A model generated the notes under the pieces. It was not told the DNA's origin. It searched no databases and saw only the letters and a list, made by a program, of their open reading frames with translations. Of a stretch of 32,000 nt of DNA, positions 26,428-32,000 are shown in pieces. The number at the start of each line of letters is the position of its first letter. Position 1 is the first letter of the stretch. Source of the DNA: Candidatus Electrothrix yaqonensis (GTDB taxonomy: Bacteria > Desulfobacterota > Desulfobulbia > Desulfobulbales > Desulfobulbaceae); the NCBI GenBank assembly GCA_047651235.1, contig CP178758.1, positions 240,001-272,000 on the forward strand, written 5' to 3'. Made by a program: the position numbers and the translations under genes.

Positions 26428-27576
26428 TTATTTCTTACATTTCTTTTTCTTGCCGCCGCCGTAGAGTACATCCACCGTGCCCTCAATATTTTCCTCGGTC
26501 AGCAGCACTTTAATGCCCTGTTCGGCCAGAACCTTTTGCGGATTTTCTCCGGCATTGGCGGCCAGCAGGGCAAAACAGTCGGACAGGCATTCGTCCGCCA
26601 GTGCCTGCCAGCGGGAGGTCCCTGAGCCTGCTGCCGGGGTGTTGCGGGATTCCAGAAGACAGGCCAGGCCGTCCTGCCTGGGGCCGTAGATCAGCATCTT
26701 GCCTGCCTGACCGAGGTGCAGGTCCACATCCATGCCGTTGGAACTGGCCACAGCCACGTTGGGCCGTTCCTTGCTCGGCTTGGGCAGCAGGGCTGCGGAA
26801 TTTTTGAAATCACCGCCTGAAGGCGGGGTCAGATACCGTTCCCCGTACTCAAGAACCTTCAGGTGAGGAGCAGCTGCTTCGGCTGCCGCAGCCAGCATCC
26901 CGGTATCGCAGGCAGACAGGTTCTCTTCTTCGGAAACCGGCCGGAAAGGGATCAGGGTCATAGTGATCGCACCCAGACCGGCTGCCTTCTCTGCAACAGC
27001 ATTGATATGCGCCTCATTCAGGCCGGGATATACCGTGGTCAGGATGTTCACCTCCAGCCCTGCAGCACAGAACGCCCGGATGGCCTCCTCCTGTTCACCA
27101 ACCAGGAGCTCCGTGGCTGCAGGCAGAGGAACCGTCTTTTTTCCCGGTCGGATCCAGGCATAAACCTTTTGGGCCACATCTGCGGTGACCGCCTCTACCT
27201 GTAGGTCAATCCGGACAACACCTTTCTCCGCCAAAGCATCGGCAAGCTGCGCCGCCCCAAGCCCGATGGTGGTTACCTTGACCGGCAGGTCAGGATATCT
27301 TTCCTGCAGTAGAGTCAGAACAGCCAGCAGGATATCAGGGGCGGCCAGGGCATCACCGGGGCCGCAGATATTCAGGCCATGAATTTCCTTGCCTCCTTTG
27401 ATCAGTTCTCCGATCCAAGCAACAGCCTCATCCGGCAGCATGGCCGGAGCGACCTTGTCCGGTTCGCCGAACCGTTTTCTGCTGTTGACCTGCGGAGCTG
27501 CCAGCAGGATCAGGCTGTCAATGCACATGGATTGTTCACAGGGTTTCTTGCTGTTCTCGCAGTGCGGGATAGTCAT
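26428..27576 (-). CDS. NifB-like domain (radical-SAM fold lacking the CxxxCxxC triad) fused to a NifX/NifB-C-terminal (FeMo-cofactor-binding family) domain
   Basis: I take the start at ATG 27576 (MTIPHCENSKKPCEQSMC...). The listed 467-aa ORF has an implausible N-terminal extension. ICGPGDALAAPD, VTTIGLG, IDLQVEAVTADVAQKVYAWI, VNILTTVYPGLNEAHI and MTLIPF are colinear with NifB. The C-terminus VAVASSNGMDVDLHLGQAGKMLIY...FALLAANAGENPQKVLAEQGIKV is a NifX-type domain. Confidence 0.7.
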   Translation of the reverse strand: MTIPHCENSKKPCEQSMCIDSLILLAAPQVNSRKRFGEPDKVAPAMLPDEAVAWIGELIKGGKEIHGLNICGPGDALAAPDILLAVLTLLQERYPDLPVKVTTIGLGAAQLADALAEKGVVRIDLQVEAVTADVAQKVYAWIRPGKKTVPLPAATELLVGEQEEAIRAFCAAGLEVNILTTVYPGLNEAHINAVAEKAAGLGAITMTLIPFRPVSEEENLSACDTGMLAAAAEAAAPHLKVLEYGERYLTPPSGGDFKNSAALLPKPSKERPNVAVASSNGMDVDLHLGQAGKMLIYGPRQDGLACLLESRNTPAAGSGTSRWQALADECLSDCFALLAANAGENPQKVLAEQGIKVLLTEENIEGTVDVLYGGGKKKKCKK

Positions 27577-28169
27577 TGTCTGCTCTTTGTACGCTTTGGT
27601 AAGGATATTTGCTTCTCCGCAGATCAGATACGGAACTGTACTGTTATTTCCTATAAAGCAAACAACGCGCCAAAGAGGATATTGATTTGATATAATCAAT
27701 AATAGCAGCTCTATAAGATGGAAGGGCCGTATGCAGTTCGCAAGTATGCGCTGTTCCGGACGTAACAGTATTGTTAGCAATGTAACGAGAAGGCGGGGTG
27801 TTGCCAAATTTGTCAAACAACAACTTTTCATTGCACCATCATTGCATTATGAAGGATGTGCTGCTATCTGCTGTACATTCTCCTGTTTCCCCTTGCAATA
27901 TCAGCAGGAGAATGGTATTGATTAATAATCGTTGCACTTTAACCTTTTATGAATTCATCAGAAGTGAAGCCATGCTGAAGAACTGTCGTTATAACTGAAG
28001 CTGACGCAACAGCATCCGGCCCCGGGCGGGTCGGCAGAACATGTCAGCGGTTCTTCTCCTCCCCTGATTGCCTTCCGGATTTTTCTTCTCTTCCTCTCCG
28101 GTATATTCAGACGGACAAAGGACCGTCTGATTTTGTTGCCATGCGTACATTCTTTAACGGAGAGAGAAC

Positions 28170-28733
28170 ATGTCTGCATTTCAGCCGAAAATATTATATT
28201 TTTTATGCGGTTGGTCGTATCCGGCTGCAGCGTACCCGGCAGGTACAGACCGTTATCAGCATTTGGCCAATCTACGGACCATCCGCATGCTGTGTACCGA
28301 CGGGCCGGATCCTTCCTTTCCCTTGGAAGGACTGGCCAACGGAGCTGATGCTGTCGTTGTGGGCAGTGTTTATCCTGATGAATGCCATTCTGCGGACAGG
28401 AATGACCATGCCCTGATTTCAGTCTGCCTGGTGCATGCGGTTCTGGACCGGCTGGGCGTCAACCGGCAACGTTTTCTGGTTGACTGGACTTTGGCTGCAG
28501 AAGGCCAGAACTTTTTCAGAAGCATTGCGCAATTTGCCGGAAAAGCTGCTGAACTTGGCCCCCTGGGCAAGGCTGAGGGGATGGATCAGGTGGAGCTGCG
28601 GGAAAAGCTGAAGGATGCAGCAGAGACCGCCCGGAGCCTGAAGGTATGCGCTGCCCTGACCAATTCCAATTCTAATAGGAGTTACGCAGTTGAAAACAGG
28701 AAGCGCAGTTGTTACAATAGGTTCGCTTGTTAG
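28170..28733 (+). CDS. MvhD/FlpD-like (hydrogenase/heterodisulfide-reductase-associated iron-sulfur subunit family) protein, with its 3' end altered by a MITE insertion
   Basis: ILYFLCGWSYPAAAYPAGTDRYQHLANLRTIRMLCTDGPDPSFPLEGLANGADAVVVGSVYPDECHS is colinear with the MvhD motif FxCNWCSYxGAD...IRVMCSGRVDP...GADGVLVxGCHxGDCHY, but two of the five Cys positions in that remembered motif are replaced. The last 19 codons and the stop are MITE sequence. Confidence 0.65.
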   Translation: MSAFQPKILYFLCGWSYPAAAYPAGTDRYQHLANLRTIRMLCTDGPDPSFPLEGLANGADAVVVGSVYPDECHSADRNDHALISVCLVHAVLDRLGVNRQRFLVDWTLAAEGQNFFRSIAQFAGKAAELGPLGKAEGMDQVELREKLKDAAETARSLKVCAALTNSNSNRSYAVENRKRSCYNRFAC

Positions 28734-28793
28734 AGCTGCAAACCGTCAGTTGAACAAAATCAACGGGTTGTAAATCCAACTGCGTAACTCCTA
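28676..28793. mobile_element. 118-bp MITE, copy 2 (inverted relative to copy 1; 5-bp TSD TCTAA)
   Basis: It has the same 17-bp termini, TAGGAGTTACGCAGTTG (28676-28692) and CAACTGCGTAACTCCTA (28777-28793). TCTAA flanks both sides (28671-28675 and 28794-28798). Confidence 0.9.
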
Positions 28794-28989
28794 TCTAATT
28801 TTAATTCCGGCAGACAAAGAATGAAGCTGAGCGGGAGCGAATCTTCCCCTGCGGCTGTTGCCGGAAATGCAGCGTCTGACAGTGGCAACGTTTTATTCTT
28901 TCATAAAGATTTCAATAAAAACAAAAGGGGAAATGCCCCGTTTTTCAGGTCAGCCGACCTGTTCAATCAACATATCAGGAGAGATTATC

Positions 28990-29334
28990 ATGCTTGAAGT
29001 AACCGAAGCCGCAGTAACAAATGTCAAAGAATATCTGAGTCAGCAGAATATCGAGTCTGCTGTCCGCATCATCGTGACGTCCGGGGGCTGCTCCGGCCCC
29101 GGTCTCGGTCTGGCCATTGACGAGGCCAAGGAAAATGATCTGACCTTTGAGCAGGACGGGGTCAATTTTGTCGTGGAAAAAGGACTTTCCGAGACATGTG
29201 GTGCCATTAAAGTAGATTTTGTCGAATCAGGAAGCGGCTGCGGCTGTTCCGGTGGCGGTTTCAGTATTGCCAGTGAAAATCCCCTGCCTGATGCCGGAGG
29301 TGGCTGCAGTTCCTGCGGAGGCTCCTGCGGTTGA
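28990..29334 (+). CDS. HesB/IscA-family Fe-S cluster carrier-like protein with a Cys/Gly-rich C-terminal tail
   Basis: I take the start at ATG 28990, preceded by AGGAGA. MLEVTEAAVTNVKEYL..., VRIIVTSGGCSGPGLGLAID, FEQDGVNFVVEK and VDFVESGSGCGCSGGGFSIASENP fit the family. The tail is AGGGCSSCGGSCG. Confidence 0.7.
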   Translation: MLEVTEAAVTNVKEYLSQQNIESAVRIIVTSGGCSGPGLGLAIDEAKENDLTFEQDGVNFVVEKGLSETCGAIKVDFVESGSGCGCSGGGFSIASENPLPDAGGGCSSCGGSCG

Positions 29335-29447
29335 CATTTTTGCAGGTTGTATAAAATTTTGTATTGTTCAAATTATGTTAAGCATGTTAGGATTCCGTCA
29401 GAATTACAGAATGATCTGACTTGTCGTAACTATCATGAGGAAATAAC

Positions 29448-29828
29448 ATGCATAATATGCTTACTCTATCTGCAGCTGCAATCTCGGTGATCAGGGAATG
29501 TATCCAGGAAAGGGACACCCGTCCGGCCGTCCGGATAGATGTCAAATCCGGCAGCTGTGCCGGACCGAATCTGAGGCTTACTCTGGATGGGAAAAGGGAA
29601 GACGATCATGTCGAAGAGCATGACGGCATCGTCTTTCTCGTTGACCAGGAGCTGCTCGCGGCCTGCGGCGGATCCATTACGGTGGATTACAGCGAGCCGG
29701 AAAAGAGCTGCTGCTGCAGCGACGGCTGCGGTGGATTTCATATCAGCGGACAACACCGTTTCCTGTTTACAGAACGATGCCGACTTGAGCAATGCAGCGG
29801 TACCTGCCGCTGTAATACTGGATTGTAG
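29448..29828 (+). CDS. second, divergent HesB/IscA-like protein with a Cys-rich tail (tandem paralogue)
   Basis: 126 aa with LTLSAAAISVIRECI, VRIDVKSGSCAGPNLRLTLD, EEHDGIVFLVDQEL and ITVDYSEPEKSCCCSDGCGGFHIS. The extra tail is CRLEQCSGTCRC. Confidence 0.6.
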   Translation: MHNMLTLSAAAISVIRECIQERDTRPAVRIDVKSGSCAGPNLRLTLDGKREDDHVEEHDGIVFLVDQELLAACGGSITVDYSEPEKSCCCSDGCGGFHISGQHRFLFTERCRLEQCSGTCRCNTGL

Positions 29829-29846
29829 TGGTGTATAAATCGGGAC

Positions 29847-29876
29847 GCCGGACGCCGGGAAGATTCGGCGTCCGGC
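29847..29876 (+). terminator. perfect 11-bp GC-rich stem-loop after the HesB-like pair (possible terminator, no U-tract)
   Basis: GCCGGACGCCG (29847-29857), loop GGAAGATT, then CGGCGTCCGGC (29866-29876). Confidence 0.35.
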
Positions 29877-30327
29877 AGCGGACAGAGCCGAATAGGAGGT
29901 GCGGACATGCCGGGAAGCAGCCTGAATCACTACCCTGTTTTTTACTTTCTAAAAGATGGTATCTGTGCTACTATAAATAGCTTCTTGAATAATATTGAGG
30001 AGAAAGCTATTCTATTTATCAACCGCAGGCTACAGTTAAATTTACCTTGGTAAAAGAAAAAATTATAGAAGAAGCAGGATGGTGTGAGGATAAATTAGAA
30101 AAAATTAAAGCCAGACTGCAGGAAAGCGGGAAGGCTGATGGACAATAACGCCTTGACTGACTTTGTCCTGCGTCCCGCCGGAACTGATGAAGCCGCCTGA
30201 ATTCTGACAGGCTTCATCTCAAGGTTTGGTCAGGGGGAGCTTCGGCAAGGTGAGTACTCCGCCTCTTTCATTCCTGCACCTTTCCTTTCCGTCCGGACAG
30301 CTTTTCGGATACTCTACAATTCACCCA

Positions 30328-31092
30328 ATGAACAGAACAATCGGCATTGTCGGTGTCCCGCCGCTGGAAATCATCCGGCAGATCAAGGCGGAGCAGGACA
30401 GCATCATCGATCTTGATGAACCGCACCTGCCTCTGTCTATGGACAGAGAAACATACCTGCCCAAGGTCTACTGCGCTATTCTCCGCACCGTCCTGCTCAA
30501 CGCCATGAACATGAACTTGGACCGGATTTACGTTGACACCGGGCCGGGCAAATGTGACTGTGCCCGCCATGTTGCCACGGTTCTGCAGGATTTTCTCCGT
30601 ATTCCCGTGATCACGACCAGCAATAAGGACAGCCGAGGCTTCGGGTATCCCATCTGCCGGAGCAGCCTGCCGCTGACCGAAAAACTGCAGGCCATCACCA
30701 AAGGGGTGCAGTCCTGCGAACCGTCATCCGGCTGCGACTGCTACCCCCCGTGCGTCCCGACCGCCGGATTCTGGGGTGTGCCGCCGAGGGATTTCTCCCT
30801 TCTTTCCCTGTTTCCGGACACCACCCATGTCTACGGCTGGAGCCGATGCATGGAAAACAAAACCCCTGCTGATCTTGAGCTGGAATCGTATTCTAATCCG
30901 GCTGTCCCGACCGTCTTTTTTGCTCAATCTTTCTGTGCCAAAACAGCTTTGGCCAAGCATCTGGCGGAACAGCATCCGAAAGGACTGTATGTGGACTGTG
31001 ATGTCAGTGCCGGTTCCAGCGCCAGAGCAAAAATCGAGGCATTTCTGGAGCTTTCCAAGGTCAGGACCGGAGGCGCAGATGCTGCTGGCTGA
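30328..31092 (+). CDS. 2-hydroxyacyl-CoA dehydratase / benzoyl-CoA reductase D-component (HGD-D)-like protein, short form
   Basis: I take the start at ATG 30328 (MNRTIGIVGVPP...). The overall pattern is IGIVG.., YVDTGPGKCDCARHVATVL, PVITTS, FFAQSFCAKTA. The genomic pairing with an activase-like ATPase suggests this family, but the assignment from memory is weak. Confidence 0.4.
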   Translation: MNRTIGIVGVPPLEIIRQIKAEQDSIIDLDEPHLPLSMDRETYLPKVYCAILRTVLLNAMNMNLDRIYVDTGPGKCDCARHVATVLQDFLRIPVITTSNKDSRGFGYPICRSSLPLTEKLQAITKGVQSCEPSSGCDCYPPCVPTAGFWGVPPRDFSLLSLFPDTTHVYGWSRCMENKTPADLELESYSNPAVPTVFFAQSFCAKTALAKHLAEQHPKGLYVDCDVSAGSSARAKIEAFLELSKVRTGGADAAG

Positions 31093-31747
31093 TTTCGGTT
31101 CTTCCTACAGCAAGGTAGTGGAAACCGGGTCCGGCACTGCGCCGGAGGTCATCCCGACCCGCCAGCTGGCAGAGGACTTCCGGGCCGATCTGGGCACCGG
31201 GCATAATGCCCAGCGGCGAAGCAAAGAGTCGGTCAATGAGCTAACCGCGCTGGCTCTGGGCGGCAGGCGGCTGATTCAGGAAGCGGATTTTACCCTGCTC
31301 GACTGCGGCAGCCGGGATATCAAGTTTATCCGCTACGCAGGCGCGGAAGCCGTTGACATGGGTTGGAACGCCGAATGCGGGGCATCAATGGGTTTTACCA
31401 TTGAACTGCTGCAAAAATATTATAATATTGATTATACTGCTGTGCCGGTACCGACCAGCGGTTTCTCCGTGACCTGCGGCGTACTCGGCATGAGCCATAT
31501 CTTTGACGCCGTAGTGACGGGCAGCTCGGAGACCGAGGCGGTGGCAAAATTTGTGCGCGGCATTGCCCGCAACGCCTTTTGTTTTGCAGGCGCACCAGAC
31601 CGGCTCTACCTTTCCGGCGGCCTCTGTGACAACCCACTCTTTATTTCCTGTTTCCCCTGTGAACTCATCCCGCTGGGCCGCTTTGTCCTCCTGGAAGGGC
31701 TAAAGGAACGGCTTGCGGCAGGAAAAGGCGAAGGAATGAAAATTTAA
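31079..31747 (+). CDS. BcrAD/BadFG-family ATPase (2-hydroxyacyl-CoA dehydratase activase-like), divergent
   Basis: ATG 31079 is preceded by GGAGG and overlaps the upstream stop by 14 nt. LADFGSSYSKV (phosphate-1), LLDCGSRDIKFI, NAECGASMGFTIE and VTCGVLGMSHI (the two cluster-bridging Cys positions), and LYLSGGL fit the family. Confidence 0.65.
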   Translation: MLLADFGSSYSKVVETGSGTAPEVIPTRQLAEDFRADLGTGHNAQRRSKESVNELTALALGGRRLIQEADFTLLDCGSRDIKFIRYAGAEAVDMGWNAECGASMGFTIELLQKYYNIDYTAVPVPTSGFSVTCGVLGMSHIFDAVVTGSSETEAVAKFVRGIARNAFCFAGAPDRLYLSGGLCDNPLFISCFPCELIPLGRFVLLEGLKERLAAGKGEGMKI

Positions 31748-31810
31748 TAACAACGGAACTTGCTGACAGGTCATTGACAATTTCATAGTTGCGTTTATTC
31801 TCATCCGGTT

Positions 31811-32000
31811 ATGAAGATAAAAACATATTCTCCTGAGATAGAAACGCGAATGCGTAATTTTTACGGCAGCCTGTCTGAAAAAGAAGAACGAATTCGCAAA
31901 CCGGGCGGGGGACGTAAATCCGTCCTCTCGACCGCCGTCGGCCTTGATGACGCATTTTTCGCAGTGCTGAAAAATCACACGGCGGGTTCGCCTATGGACT
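31811..32000 (+). mobile_element. 5' part of an ISAzo13-family transposase gene (runs off the window), possibly lacking the usual HTH segment
   Basis: It reads MKIKTYSPEIETRMRNFYGSLSEKEERIRKPGGGRKSVLSTAVGLDDAFFAVLKNHTAGSPMD. The R(K/R)PGGGRK ... T(A/R)G(D/S)P pattern is the N-terminal hallmark of ISAzo13-type transposases as I recall them. The frame is open to nt 32000. Confidence 0.55.

Noticed and set aside
27577-27831. N-terminal 85-aa extension of the 467-aa ORF (MKSCCLTNLA...)
   Set aside because: The extension is AT-rich, hydrophobic and low-complexity, with no NifB similarity. Homology begins at the internal MTIPHCENS start.
28858-28989. N-terminal 44-aa extension of the 158-aa ORF
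   Set aside because: HesB-like homology starts at MLEVTEAAV (ATG 28990), which has a good AGGAGA RBS. The extension starts at a non-ATG codon.
29332-29447. Possibility that the TGA ending the first HesB-like gene (..GGSCG-TGA) encodes selenocysteine, as in the HesB-like selenoproteins reported in deltaproteobacteria
   Set aside because: The read-through frame is AT-rich with an implausible amino-acid sequence. I found no SECIS-like hairpin directly downstream of the TGA. The next gene has its own RBS and start.
29930-30225. AT-rich stretch with short ORF fragments (e.g. ..KEKIIEEAGWCEDKLEKIKARLQESGKADGQ*) that might be a decayed small gene such as a toxin-antitoxin remnant
   Set aside because: The frames are interrupted by stops, there is no start or RBS, and I recognise no motif. 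It cannot be supported from the sequence alone.

Overview
This is a bacterial chromosomal segment. Protein similarity patterns suggest an anaerobic Desulfobulbales-like deltaproteobacterium, but that is inference only. A housekeeping backbone (leuB, a prs-like gene, asd, a TrmH-family methyltransferase, cobO, proA, RNase P RNA on the minus strand, a fused transketolase and a CobC-like phosphatase) is interrupted by accessory material.

The accessory content, in order along the window:
1. An internally deleted ISAs1 element sits in the last codons of an FAD oxidoreductase gene and separates it from its original C-terminus and terminator.
2. A signal-peptide-bearing Hsp20 gene lies behind a long structured leader that ends in a terminator-like hairpin.
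3. A small AT-rich islet next to rnpB encodes an orphan secreted protein.
4. An AT-rich two-gene module at 14.7-18.3 kb couples a HEAT-like repeat protein to a protein with an Mrr/PD-(D/E)xK-like N-terminus. I cannot assign it to any named system, and its second gene is split by a 118-bp MITE. This is my best candidate for an undescribed conflict or defence system.
5. A 1417-aa protein has PPDK-type ATP-grasp and phospho-His swivel domains, lacks the PEP/pyruvate domain, and carries about 900 aa of unknown N-terminal sequence.
6. A multi-zinc-ribbon membrane protein gene is frameshifted.
7. A minus-strand operon encodes a NifB-like/NifX fusion without the radical-SAM Cys triad, a 2Fe-2S ferredoxin, a GNAT, two small unknowns and a Nif11-type peptide.
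8. A divergent Fe-S-flavoured cluster encodes an MvhD-like protein (hit by a second MITE copy), two HesB/IscA-like proteins with Cys/Gly-rich tails, and an HGD-D-like plus BcrAD/BadFG activase-like pair.
9. A partial ISAzo13-like transposase gene runs off the right edge.

I saw no CRISPR array, tRNA or rRNA. All calls rest on motif recognition by eye; no database search or computation was run.
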